Part shown: positions 47,215 to 63,860 of the stretch, in pieces
Numbering within the stretch: position 1 is the stretch's first letter
Layout of the letters: each line of letters begins with the position of its first letter
Origin: the human T2T-CHM13v2.0 reference genome, Homo sapiens
Assembly (NCBI RefSeq): GCF_009914755.1
Contig: NC_060938.1
DNA: 64,000 bases
Strand: one strand, 5' to 3'
Notes under the pieces: model-generated
The model's database searches: none
What the model was told of the DNA's origin: nothing
What the model saw: the letters and a program-made list of their open reading frames with translations, nothing else
Position numbers and translations under genes: made by a program

Positions 47215-48221
47215 CAAGGAGAATACATGTCTCTATATGTCTCCTGGTACAAATACCTGTATAAATATTTCAAATATTTCTTTCGAGTAGATGTCAAGCA
47301 GTAGAATTGCTAAGTATATACATTTTTATTTGTAATAAATTTATACTGTGAATCAGTCCTCCAAAGTGCTTGTACCAAATTACACTTCCACTATTCTTGA
47401 CCTCACTAAATGTTACCAAGCAAATATTTTAAGTCTGCTAACCTGATAGGTAAAACCAGGCACTTCAGTGGTTTAATTTGCATTTCCCCATACTCCTGGG
47501 GTCTGGCATCTTGTTATGTTTAGTGATCCTTTGGCTTTCCTTTTCTATAAACTGCCTTCTTATTTTTTGTCCATTTTTATTATCTCTTTATTAATTTGTA
47601 AGAGTTACTATGTACTTCTTTATATAGTATACATTGTGGATACCAATCTTTTGCTCATTCTGTTATTGTCTTTTAACTTTGTTAGTGTCTCTTATCATAT
47701 ATGTTTTTTATTTTTATGTAGTCCATTGATCACTTTGTCTTTTTCCTTCACCACACTGTTATAATTACTATGTTTTGATAATATTTACAAATGTTTCGGG
47801 TGATGGAAATATTCTGGAATTAGAGTGATAATGGTTACACAACCTTATGATATACTAAAAACCACTAAATCTACACTTTTAAGTGGTAACTTTCATGGTA
47901 TATGAATTATACCTCAATGAAAGAAGAAAAATAATGAACATTTTGACATATGGACATACAGATCCCCCTCTTTATCTTGCTAGTTTTTTGGGAGAGGGCT
48001 ATCTTTGTGTTTGACTTGTATTTTTTAAATCATGGTAAGTGAAAATAGCACTTTTTAGAATTTGTTGAGATATACTTTTTATTCTAGTAATGGGTCATTT
48101 TTGGTGAATATTGCAAATAAAAACTTAACTGTATTCTGTGTATGTTGGGCACAAAGTTTGCTAATTGTGCTATTCAGATTCCCTAAATCCTTATTTATTT
48201 TTCCCCTATTTGATTTACCTC

Positions 48222-48740
48222 TGTGGCAGAAACTGCCATTTGCCTATCCTATCCAAAATCTAATTTCTCCTTGTGTTCTACTTTAAAAAACAAAGAAACA
48301 AACAAAAAACCCTGTTTCTCAACCTCTCCTGCAGATAGAGGTACCCAAATGACCAAGTTCTGGCCAATGAAATGATATCATAAATTGTTTACGGAGCTTC
48401 TAGGAAAAATCCTTAAAAATGGGGCTGACTCAGCTAGCCCTTCTCCCCTTTTTCTTTCCTGCCTGGAAGGCAAATTTACATGGTTACCTTCTGACCATGA
48501 AGTGACCTAGAGGTAAAAGCATAGCATGAAAAATAGCAGGAAAAGAAAACATAGATGAAGCTTGAGAAATAATGGCATTGTTGAGATGATGCTATCAGTC
48601 CTGAATCTGAATGACCTACTTTAGAATTTTATGGCAAGTAAGAGAAAAACAAACGTTTATCTTGTTTAAGATGCTATTATTTCACTGGTTTGGTTTTGTA
48701 TTATTTCACATGTAGCCAAACTCAACTCCTAAACTCACAA
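48222..48740 (+). mobile_element. Old MLT1 LTR
   Basis: tgtggcag start; aagttctggccaatgaaatg; tcttgtttaag...gtagccaaac end motifs. Confidence 0.55.
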
Positions 48741-50156
48741 TCAGTACTCTTTTTGGAGAGAGCTATATTCAGCTTCTTGTTTTAACTGTGTATTCAACCA
48801 TTTCTTTGAAAGTCTGTCAAACTCTGCTTTACATATTTTGAAACTTGAAATAATTTAGTGTATTGTGGTTTTTATAATTTCTTGGTAAATTGTTCTTTTT
48901 AAAAATATGAAATATATTTACCCCATTAATGCTTTTCACCCTGAACTCTATTTCGTACAACATTGTTACATCTGCCTTGTTTTCGTTTGCATTTGCCTGA
49001 TATATTTTCTTCTTTTTTTCAGCCTCAATGTCAAGTTGTTTCCGCTCTTCTGCTTTAATAGCATATACCTGTATTTGTTTATATATCCCATAGAAGTAGT
49101 TCTGTCTTTTAATGGGAGTTTAAACCAGTCACATTTTTGTGGTTACTAATTTGTTCAGAACTATTTCTGGCACCTTATTCGTTTTCTATTTACAATGCTT
49201 TCTAACTGTTTTATTTTTACCCCCATTACTGTCTTTGTTGGTCTAATTAATTTTGCCTTATCTTTTTTCTTCTACTGTTTTAAAACTAACACATTCCATT
49301 TCTCTTCTGGTGGTTACCCTTAAATGTTTAATATGTATGCATAAATTTACATTTTTCCAACAATGTATAGAGTTCATCAGCGTTCATATCTTCTCCCTAC
49401 CTCTATCCTTAAATAAAAAATAGAACTCTGGTAAACTTTTATTTTTCTCATTTATCTTTCCACCCTTATCACATATTGACATCATCTGGAATTTCAGTAC
49501 CAGATTTAAAAATTTTTATAAGTTATACATATTTACACTTGAGTTTCACTAATTACTTTGGTCACCACTACCAGTGGAAGAACAATTATATTTTTCATTG
49601 AGGCTTTCCCTCTGGACTATTTTCAGGAAGAATGGGGAAAGATAAAAAAGTGTGCCACCAGCAGTTAGCTCTCTGGGTGGTATGCTCCTTGTTCTTCATG
49701 GGCATCAAGAACCACCCAGGGGACCTGCCTATCTCTCTCACCTAAACTTCCATATTCACTGCTTCCACCTGGAGACAGTCATTCCATTGCTGATGCCTGG
49801 CCAAAGATACAGTGGATATAAGATGAACAGGGGGTTAAGTAAACTAACTACCACTGAGGTAACGCAACCAATTACCTTACTCATCATCCGTATACCTTTA
49901 TCTTGTAGAACGGTATTCTCCTATGCATGTCCTGGGCAATAATTTCCCTCTTCAATCCAATCCTGCTATTTTCCTTCAGGGATTTCTCACAGTTTTGGAT
50001 CTACTATGTACAGAGCTTGGTATTTTAAAATATCTTTTTCTATTATTTTTAGGGATAAGGGGACAGGTTACAGTATATAATCAGAATGCCATATTGAAAC
50101 ACCTTTAAATTTTTTAGACCTTGAGTTTGCACTAATGGCTGATTTAATAAATTTAT

Positions 50157-50177
50157 AACACACACACACACACACAC
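50157..50177 (+). repeat. (CA)n microsatellite
   Basis: About 10 CA units. Confidence 0.9.
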
Positions 50178-50262
50178 GTCTGTGTCTTAAGGGCAGTACA
50201 TTCATTATTACATTTAATGCAAGCAGGTATTTAATTTATACTACTAAAAGTGAGACACCTAC

Positions 50263-50339
50263 CTGTGTATCATTTTCTTTTTGTCTAAAGTCAATATTGG
50301 CAAGCTTTGACTGCTTCGCAGAACTTTCTTCTTTTATAT
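50263..50339 (-). CDS. C14orf39: SIX6OS1 exon 11, DIKEESSAKQSKLANIDFRQKENDTQ
   Basis: 77 nt, tag|AT...CAG|gtaggt; phase 1/0. Confidence 0.93.
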
Positions 50340-50651
50340 CTAGATTATTAAATAGTACTACTTTAAATCAATGCTGGAAACAGAATCAAGTATCTTCCCC
50401 AATGTTTAACCTAAACTTGTAATTTAGAAAATCAAGTCTACATGAATTTTTAATTTAAATTAAAATACGGAATTATGAAATTATTTTAAAACTCTTAATT
50501 CCTTACTATATAATAGCTTTACAATAACTATGAAGATGAAATGACAAAAGGCCAACTGACAAAACTGTACCTTTATAATGGGTTACCAAAGAAGACAGAG
50601 TGGTTGAGAAGACAAAGAAACCAGCCAATGTAGTTAATCTAATATAATGTA

Positions 50652-50783
50652 TTAGGTTGGTGCAAAAGTAATCATGATTTTTGCCATTACTTTTAATGCC
50701 AAAACCATTATGTAATGGTAAATGCCATTAAATTTTAATTAAACGCAATGGCAAAAACCATGATTACTTTTGCACCAACCTAA
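50652..50783. mobile_element. MADE1 (Hsmar1 MITE) with expanded centre
   Basis: TIRs TTAGGTTGGTGCAAAAGTAAT at both ends, TA TSD; 132 bp versus about 80 bp consensus. Confidence 0.92.
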
Positions 50784-51200
50784 TAGTTAATTTAATCTGC
50801 AGAGCCACTGAATGAAACTTGATTCAAATATCTCAGTGACTAAGTTATAGATACTATTAGCATAAGTCTTTTACCTGCCTAAGTCACACATATTGATAAT
50901 CAACTCCTCAAATGAAAAATATGTAATTTTTCCTCCTCCTCTAACAGCTGTGCAACCAGGCCAGAACACTTTTTTTGAAATTTATTGTGTGAATAATTCC
51001 TTTCTCAAAGAGAAAAAAGTTACGTATAGAAGACATATTTTGTTTGCTCTCAGAAAGATTCAAAGCAGTACTCTCTTGAGTTTATAGGTCTCCAGTATTG
51101 TTTTTACTTACACCAAATGATAAATAAAATTGCTTCCTTCTATTTCTTCTGTGTGTTTGCAAAAAAAATGATGTTTTTGAATAACAAACAGATATTATAC

Positions 51201-51328
51201 CTGCAACTCTTGGTTCTGAAGAATGCATCTTTATTGGTCTTACTAATTTCTGAGATTCATAAGGAAGAAATAATTGACTGCTTTGAGTTTTATTCAATGT
51301 AAGTACATGCTCATCTTTTCCAAAAATT
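51201..51328 (-). CDS. C14orf39: SIX6OS1 exon 10, IFGKDEHVLTLNKTQSSQ...HSSEPRVA
   Basis: 128 nt, tag|A...G|gtataa; overlaps ORF 51082..51297. Confidence 0.94.
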
Positions 51329-52733
51329 CTAAAGAGAAAGGTGAATTACATTAAATATTAGATAAGTTAAAATTAACATATTTTAAAGCTAGGAGGCATA
51401 TTTAGATACTATATAATAAAACCCCTCGTTTTGCAGATAATAAAACTGAGTTCCAAAGAATTTAATAGACTTGCCCAAAATGACTGAATTACTTAGTAGT
51501 GGTGTCAGAGCAAAAACACACTTCCCCTGATTAAGTTCAATGCTCTTCTCAATATAGTCCACTCTTATTTTTAAAATATAATCATTGCAAAAGACTTCCT
51601 ACACATGTCAAAAACATTTTAAGCCAAAACTTGTAACTACAAATAGCATGCTTCAGATTTCATGGTACTTTAAACTTTAAAAAGACATATTCAGAAATAA
51701 ATCAACCAACATGAATACAGAAATTGTTAAAACAGTATTATAATCATAAATGGGTCTTTTAAGTTTTTTACTGAAAGAATAGTTTTCACTAAATTTTATC
51801 TAAATTGAAGAAATAGAATAAACAGTGTCAGAATATATATTGAGTTAAAAATGACTAAATATTTATATGTTTCTGTCAATACATGGAATTTTTCTTAAAG
51901 GCGGTCAATAAAGTAAAATTCTGTCTATTTACCTATTTTTTCAATTAACTTCATTATAAAATTAAAGACACACTTGCACTGAATGTGGTACATGGGAGTG
52001 GAGGAATCAAGAAAATAACACATCCAAAAAAAGTAGGATCAGGGAAATTAACCCGACAGAAGAATGTGTTGAAAAATCAGATTAAGGGCCATGGAACTTG
52101 AGGAAAGGAGTTTCAGAAGAATGAAAAAGGATATAAGTAGGGGGAAAAAGTAAAAGCTGGTCAGAAATAGCAATAGTAATACATCTATTTTTCTGTCATA
52201 TGATAACAGGCAAAGTCCATCTATTTTTTTTTTTGGCCTCTATCACTGATCTCTATTTTATCGCCATTAAAACAAAAGACAAGGAAATATGATGCCACAC
52301 ATTTAGTAGCATGCTTTGACTCATCTTCACTCTATAGCAAAGGAAGAACTGGTCAAGGTGGACAGGGTGATAAAAAAGTAAATACCTTGCTATTCCCACC
52401 ATTGTTTCTGTTTTACTCCTATTGCTGGCCCATCATGGAAAACACTGGATGAATTATACAACTGACAGGTTCTAGAACAGCAGATGTGCTGCTGCTACTC
52501 TATTTCTCTTTACACATTATCCTCAGCCTTACTAAATAACAAGCAGATTTTAGTATTAGCTCATAATATTTAAGTTAATAATATTTTTCATAAGAAATTA
52601 ATAGAAAATAGCCTGCACAACAAAATTTACAGATACTGTGTAAATATTAGTGGTTTGGGATGGAATATAGAATCAAACTTTTAGATGCAAAATATCTGTT
52701 CACATAAAATTTAATTTTAAAGGTTACCTATAC

Positions 52734-52825
52734 CTTTCTTTCAGTTCTTTTCTGTTTTCTGTATTTTTGTTCTTTTCTTCCAGAGTTTCTGAAAGAGCCT
52801 TAGTTTCATTATGCCTAGATATCTG
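52734..52825 (-). CDS. C14orf39: SIX6OS1 exon 9, QISRHNETKALSETLEEKNKNTENRKELKE
   Basis: 92 nt, tag|CAG...AG|gtatag; phase 0/2. Confidence 0.92.
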
Positions 52826-53821
52826 CTAAAAAGACAATTGGGAACACAAAATAAAATAATTACTTGCAAAGCAGTAAAAAAAGATATGCTTTATCTTATG
52901 TTTTTTCTATATAATCATAAGATTCATATTTTTGATAGCATTTACTATCTTCTATTTACAGTTATTAAAACAAAAACAAAATTAACAATAAATCACACCC
53001 GTTTAACTTTTCCTTACAATTCCATTGGCAAATGTAGATTTTAACAAACTCCCATCTTTTTAAAAACAGATAATCATAAGCAAAGTAGACATTGATTCCT
53101 TACATTAAGGACAGTTACCATATATTTTAAAGGAAATGGCATCTACTTTCTTCTGTTTACTAAAATGATATTACTGTTATTTGGTACCTCATACTTAATG
53201 AAAGATAAGTATACAGTATTTAACATAATTTTCAAAAATTTAGAAAATCAGGTATCATAGTCAAATTTTTCTCAGAATTTGGAAGCGACTTTGATGGGTT
53301 ATCATAGCTATGTAAATAAAAGCCACAATTTCATGGATGACATCCAAATGTTTCCAAGAAAAGTTTAAAGGCTAAACTAGTTCTAGCCTAGCTCGCTAAA
53401 GATTATAGTCATATATTTTTCAAGTTTAAATTCTTTATTTACTACCTTTTTAAAAAACACTGGCGTAGATCTTTTAATGCCTTTAAAATCCTGTTACTAT
53501 GTTGCATCTTATTCCTTCCTCATGTTCTCTCCTCAGACCTCAAAGAAAGCTAAACTATTCCCCAAAATATATTCAGTACCTAAATATATATATTAAATTA
53601 TATACAAATTAATATAAAATATATTAATAAAATTAATAAAAAATATAAATTAATATATTCAGTACCTAAAATACCTTTTGGCTCCAAAGGTAATCTAAAT
53701 TATCTTAAACCTTTCTCCACATTAGGCTCTCTTAAAAATAGCTCTTCTAAAACTGTCAACTAACATACCATTATACTTATACATTAATACACATATTAGA
53801 AATATATAACAAAATATATAC

Positions 53822-53942
53822 CTGGTTTAAATAATTAATTTCTATTTCCATTTCATCTACTTCTTTCTTCAATTCGGATGAACTTTTGGTAAGATTGCTG
53901 GCATGTTTAAGAATATCTTGTGTTTCACATCTCAAATTAACA
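53822..53942 (-). CDS. C14orf39: SIX6OS1 exon 8, VNLRCETQDILKHASNLTKSSSELKKEVDEMEIEINYLNQ
   Basis: 121 nt, aag|T...CAG|gtata; phase 2/0. Confidence 0.93.
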
Positions 53943-55707
53943 CTTTTTATGTTAAGGAACTATGTCATATAAGTAAATTTTATATTTATAATATATGTGC
54001 CATATCAGAAATGATTAATATTATGTGACATCATTTATATGTATGTTTCATATAAACAGTAAGCAATATTAAAAACAGTATCTGAAAACAGGAGAATAAT
54101 ATAAACATTTGGCAGACTAACAGATAATTTATTGTTTATGTTATATACTGAGCTTAAAAAAACATTTCATACAAAATATTTGTTAGGATTATTTCAGTTA
54201 AGTATTTTCACAGGGTAGTTTTTTTTTTTTTTTTTTTTTGCTTTTTAAATCAAAGTTCATTGTGTCACTTGGCATAACTAATAAAACATAATTCAGGCCC
54301 AAATTTAACTTCTTATGCTTCCATTATTTATTTGTTCAAAGACAATATTTAAAGTATACCCATTTCAAGCCAACAACAGTATGCTGGAGAAAAACAAAAT
54401 CGACCAAATTTCCCTTTTCTTGCTCTGTAAGGCTCATCAGTGTACCCTACAGAACTCAAAAGACAGGCAGATCTTCGACTTGGACTTTCTACTTGAACTG
54501 GATTTGTGCCCAATTTCAAGTAAAAAATCCTCAGCTATTAATACATTCCACGTGGTTATTAGCTAATACAATGTCCTAAATTATAATCCATTTAGGAGAA
54601 TTTGAAAATGATAGAATAGTGACAGTTAACAAGAATTCCAGAGAAGATTAATCAGGGCTTTCCTATTCTGCCTTAAAATATGCATGATTTATATGCTAGA
54701 ATATAAAATTTCAAGTGAATCATGATTTATAAGTCTATTATTATCAAGTTTCCATTAAAATGTTAGGTACAGATAATTAAATCCTAATCTTCAAATCTTC
54801 CTACCTCCATTCACCTCTTCCTGTTTGTCATGCAACCTTATATGTCATCCCATTCCACATCCAACTCCCTAAACCCTTGCTATACCAGCGTCTACTAACT
54901 TTGGCCCCTTCCCACTGAGAAGTTAAAGCGCAAATGGGCAGCAAATGAACAACAAAAAACAGAAGAGACTAAAACCAAAACATGGAAAAAGCTAGCAGCA
55001 GAAGAGTTAAAAGGATGGTTTAGAATGAAGCAGACAGAAAGCAAGGTAGGATGTGGGGATAAAGAAGACTTAGTACAAACAGTGGAGTTATAATCTGATA
55101 GGAAAGCATATGAAGGATTGTGGAGGTTGAAAGAGGATTAAAGTTTCAAGTTCATCATCAGGGAAGATCTCTCTGACAAACAGGTGAGACTTAGACCAAT
55201 TAAGAATTACTTAGGCATCTATTACAGTGGTACTGTATTAGAATTATTTATTTACATGTCAGTCTTCCCTACTAAACCCAGAGCTCCTTGGAAGAGAGCT
55301 CTGTATCGTCTTCAGTATTGCCTGGCATAAGGTAGGTTTCCAGTGATGAATGAATAAATGTAACTCACCTCCTTTGCACCTTCCATTCTAACAAGTAATA
55401 AGCAATTTAACTGGAACTTTCTTCGGTAAGACAGACCAATATAACATTTTCATTGGTTTGGTTCCTAAGACACGCCACTTAAACCCAAATACATATGCCA
55501 TTTTATTCTCACCAAAGTTGCTTGCTTCTGATCACATGAATATACATGAAAATGAATCCAAGATGACCTTTAAAATTACTTTTTAAATATTTTAATTAAA
55601 CACAAAACAAATCCATGTTATTCTCACAAAGGAAACACAGTAACAATTAAAATACAAAATAATGCTTATCTAATAAAAATTATAAGTACAAATACTATTG
55701 TGGATAC

Positions 55708-55750
55708 ATGTTTAAAGTCCATTTAGTAAGTGATGGAAAGGGAGCAGGCA
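55708..55750 (-). CDS. C14orf39: SIX6OS1 exon 7, VPAPFPSLTKWTLNI
   Basis: 43 nt after a 92-nt intron; cag|TG...AT|gtatcc; phases consistent. Confidence 0.92.
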
Positions 55751-55842
55751 CTGAAAAATAAAGTCACAGCATAAGCTGATTATTATATTCTTTTCATTAC
55801 AAAGATATCATAATTAAAACAATATAACAAAAATATTAATAC

Positions 55843-56030
55843 CTCGAAATTTCATAAAAATTGTTTCATTCATTTTTAATTGTTCAGTACATGCCAACAC
55901 TCTGCTTTGAATTTCTTCATGTTCTCTTTTCTTCTCATAATATTCACGTGAAAAGGGTGTTTCTGAGTATTTTAGTTGGTACTGCTTCAAAACTTCTTTA
56001 TACTGACATATATAATCATGATACATTTCT
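55843..56030 (-). CDS. C14orf39: SIX6OS1 exon 6, EMYHDYICQYKEVLKQYQLKYSETPF...IFMKFR (coiled-coil region)
   Basis: 188 nt, cag|A...G|gtatt; corresponds to ORF 55814..56026; recognised SIX6OS1 peptide. Confidence 0.96.
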
Positions 56031-56698
56031 CTGTTAAAATTAAAAGAAATGATGTTTATATAACAACAACAGATCTAAAAACTTTGTGAATACACTGTTA
56101 AAGTCTACTAAACATAAAAGGCAAATCAAATGTCTTCTTATTCTTGCTTCCCTCAATATTGTCTGCCCTTTAGACTTTCCTTAACTCCACCACACTTCTC
56201 AACTTGACTCTTTTTCTTCATTACCTGAGTGATTCACTTCTTAATTCTATTCAATTTAACTCCTACTCCCACTATTTTAATGACGCTATTCTTCCCAAGG
56301 TCACCAATGATCAAATTTGTCCAACTGAATGATCTCTTTTTAGCACTCATCCTAATTGACACTGCAGAACCTGGTTCTTCTGATCACTTACTCCTTGTGG
56401 AACCTCTATCTTCCCTGGCTTCTGAGTCTCTACTCTCCCAAGCTCAGCTACTTCTAAAACCATATCTTTTTAATCTTCAATTTTCATTAGCTAAAATTAT
56501 CACATGAAGTCATGTTCTATGTATTAGAACTCTGTGTTCACCATCAAATGTACCCCGTAACTATTTTATGAAGAAAATTTTATCACAGTTTAGAAGAACT
56601 CTACTCCAGCTCCAATAGTAGTGGATGGTCATCTATTTAGGCACAAATCTTGAGTGAGACAGTTAATTCTTGCAAAAGGACATTAACCTTTTTTTCTT

Positions 56699-59658
<2,960 letters not shown>

Positions 59659-59704
59659 TAACCTTTTTTTCTTATTTGACCTGTGCTCGATTCTACAAGA
59701 ATCA

Positions 59705-60022
59705 AAATTATGATGGTCTATGGGCCAAATCTAATCTGCCACCTATTTTTGTACAGCCCATGAACTATGAATGATTTTTACATGTTTAAATTATTGAAAA
59801 AATCAAAAGAATATTCCATAACACATTAAAATTATATGAAATTTAAACTTCAGTATCCATAAATAAAGTTTTATTAGAGCATAGCTCATTTATTTACATA
59901 TTATCTGAAATTCTCTCGTGCCATAATAGGAGAGTGGAGTAGTCACGGCAGATGTTGGCCCACAAAGGTTAAAATATTAATACTTACTATCTGGTCCTTT
60001 ACCAAAAAAGCTTGCCAACTCT
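59705..60022 (+). mobile_element. MER58-like hAT element
   Basis: tatgggccaaatct...ctatctggtcctttacc aaaaaagcttgccaactct. Confidence 0.7.
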
Positions 60023-62187
60023 AATCGAAAACATTGAAAATGTTAAATCCAGTTCTTTATAGAAAATATATTCTTAAATCTTCTTTTTCCCCAATTATTA
60101 TCAAATACTTAGTTTCAAAAAAATTCGTAGAAAAATTTTTGAAAATATATAGTCCTTACATTCCTCAAGATTTTCTCATTTCTTGGATCAAGGTATACTC
60201 TATGGGGGAGTTTCTTAAAAGATACCCTGAGGATTATCTCACCTTAGCAGATTAGAGAAGAGCAAGTTTCAAAAACTGCACACATGAGAAGAAAAGTAAG
60301 GATAACAGCCCTGTGCTAGTCAGCGGGTCTGAATCTTAAGAAAGTTTTAATTTCTGAATATTACTAAACTGTCCCCTTTAGCAAGGAAAAGCAGTTGAGC
60401 CCCAAACAAGCTCCTATTCCTCTAAACGCATATTTGCTAATTAAGACCCACTTACTATTTAATCGCTTGGGAAAAATGGTCCAGGGAAGAAATACCTATA
60501 AGAAAATTAAGCCTGGGTCACCAGTTCCAGGTGAGATGACTATGCCACATCCACCCTATTCATACTGTATATTCATGCTCACTCTTCTAACATACTCCAT
60601 ATAGAAACTCTGGCAGAGCCTAGCATAGCTAAGTCATAGTTAAACAAGAGCCATTATTATCTCATCTAAGCCAGCAACACTATTTTTCATGAATGACTTG
60701 AACAGGGATGGGAGATTAGGAGAAACAAGTAATTGGTGCCTCTACTTCCTCCATTATCCATGAAACCAACAAATGAGTTATTTTCCATTTATAAATGCCT
60801 GGTATTGAAGCATCAATTCAATTAAGCTATGTAGCTGGTTTAAGAAAGAAACAGACAACTGTTTTCACTTTAATACCTTCAGTTAGCTCACAGAAGTCCT
60901 CTATAACAAACACTGTTAGAGAAGTACATATTTTAACTGGTTTGCTTTAGCCTCTCACAGAATCATTTTTAAGAATTAATGTTTTATAGTCATGACTTAC
61001 ATTGACAGATGCTATAAGAAGCAGTTATATATACTGTGTTTGGGGCTGGGGGAGGTCACTGAAGCACACTGCACAATTTCCCCTTTAGAGGACCCAGAGG
61101 AGAAATTTCTCTCAAACCTCAGGAAAAGCCTCTACTTATCCTAAGCAATTGACCTGTTTTTTTAAATGAATATTATGAATCCCACACTGATTATATTTCC
61201 ACAATGCCTTGACTACTAGGAATTTGAAAGCTTAATTCGTGCCTATATCTAACAAATGTGCGGGATACATAGTATGAATTTCTAACTTCATCAAAGGCTT
61301 CAACTTCCTATATTTTCCTTACTTCCCTGCAGCCTTGATTTTTAATCTAGTTTCTTTAAACACTATCCTTTCAAGATGATTATTTAGTCAAATCATCTAA
61401 AATTCTTTTTTAAATGAAGCAGGATGTATAAATGACAAGACAAGTCTCCTTCACTGATCCCACCCTCTGCCTACCCTCTAGATGATGGCGTACTCCAGCT
61501 TTCTCCTCTTTTTGCTCCATACATTTCCATGGGCAATCTCATGTATTTCCATGATTTCAAAATGAAGTCTATATCTATAACTTTAGTCCCTACCTTTTCT
61601 TAAGACTTGTCTTTGAATATATAGAGTATTGCATTCTAGATTTTGCACGTTTTAGTTACAATATAAAAATAGATACTGTTCTCATCCAATTATATTAAAA
61701 ATAAAAACATTTCAATGTCTTATATTAGGTGAAATTTTTATGCTATATAATGTGTTCAAAGTCTCTTGTCTTGTTTCATTACATTCACTAATTATATTTA
61801 ATCCCCAAGACAATGTGATTATACATATAAGAAAATAAATTCATACAATTATTGGTGTTTCTCTATTAGAATATAACCACTCCATTAAATCAGCTGTCTA
61901 AAAAACAGAAGTTTGATATAAAATACCATTCAGAAATCAATATCCCAAATTTGTTATAAGCTAATTCTACAGGTAACTATTCCCCGAGATGTTTGCCTAA
62001 ACAGTTTACTCATAAAGACCATTAATTGATGGACTCTGCTATAATAATTGCCACTGAGAAACAGTTTATATCTAAGGCCATATCTAAATATATCTAGGGT
62101 TAGAGAGAGCTTTACAACAAGTAGGTAGATGTTCCACTGCACCCAAGGAGTCCAAAACACTACATTTACTTAAAAACAAAAACTCCT

Positions 62188-62540
<353 letters not shown>

Positions 62541-62603
62541 TTACGCACCATGTCCTAATAATACAAACTTATAGAATTGATAAACTTCATATAAGTACTA
62601 TAC

Positions 62604-62693
62604 TTGTCTTTTTCAACAGTTCCTTGATAAACAGTAAATTGGTCCTGCATATAATCTTCATGTTTACGAAAAACATCACATGTTGGCTTCCAG
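62604..62693 (-). CDS. C14orf39: SIX6OS1 coding exon (exon 5), WKPTCDVFRKHEDYMQDQFTVYQGTVEKDK
   Basis: 90 nt, tag|C...AA|gtatag, phase 2/2; the peptide continues in frame into the 56030 exon. Upstream exons lie beyond the window. Confidence 0.93.
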
Positions 62694-63654
62694 CTATAGA
62701 AAAAAATATATTTGTAATTAGCAACTCAGAATGATAAACAAATTGATAGAGATAATAAAAAAAAGAACATAATTATTTAAAGAGAAACAAATCTTTCTCT
62801 TCCTGGAGAAAACAAGCTTACATCAAGAAAAGTATTTCCATCTCATATCACTCCCACTACCTCCATTCAAGGACTATTATGCTTGAATATCAATATTCAT
62901 GAATTTTTATATTAAACTTGTTTTTGAACCATTACTAGGGAAGGAGCAAATGTGACATGGCTGGATTGTGTATTGCTATTGCATTTCTATTATACACTCT
63001 GTAACACTCCAATATCAGCCTTTCTTTCTCATTACATTTCTAAGATTTTGGTCAAAAAAATTCTTTTGGAGTAAGCATTCAAAGAACTAGAATAAGGGCT
63101 AAAGAGAAGTTTTTTTGCTCCTTTAACACTTAGAAAACAGGTGTCACATCATCCTGAATTACAAAAAAAAGAGAAACCAGAGCAAATGAATTACAAAATC
63201 AGACAATAGGAATATAACAAATATTCATCTTATACATTTTTATTATGTAACTTGAAAGAATATTACCAATACAAAAAAATATAAAATTAATATATACCAT
63301 GGCGGCTTCCAGTGTAAGTATTTTTCAAATATTGCCTTTTTTCTAACTTTTTTTTCAGATTCAAAAAGTATACATGCCCAATTTGGAAGCACAGAAAAGT
63401 ATGTGTAAGAAAATAACTATTAATCATATTCTCAATATTGAATAATGACTATTATTGTTTTAATAAATTGTTTCCAGATGTTACTATAATTATACATTTT
63501 AACATCATTGAGAGCTTATCCTCCTTTATCACTTAGTAACAGAACTTGTACTTAAATATATCTGAATTTCTGATCATTTCCTTAGAAAATATTCTCCAAA
63601 ATGAAATTAGAAGATCAAAAATTATACATACATATATTCTCAATATTTTTAAAT

Positions 63655-63860
63655 GTCATAAATACTCATGGTCATAAAGATACCAACAGTAGACATTGGA
63701 AACTAGTAGAGGGGGAAGAGGTGAAAAACTATTGAGTACTATGCTCTCGCTACCTGGGTGATGGGATCAGTTGTACCCCAAACCTCTGCATTACACAATA
63801 TAACTATCTCATAAACTTGCACAAGTGCCCCTGAATCTAAAATAAAAATTGGAATTATTT
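63655..63860 (+). mobile_element. L1PB-like 3' end fragment
   Basis: gaaaaactattgagtactatgctc...ccctgaatctaaaataaaa. Confidence 0.7.
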
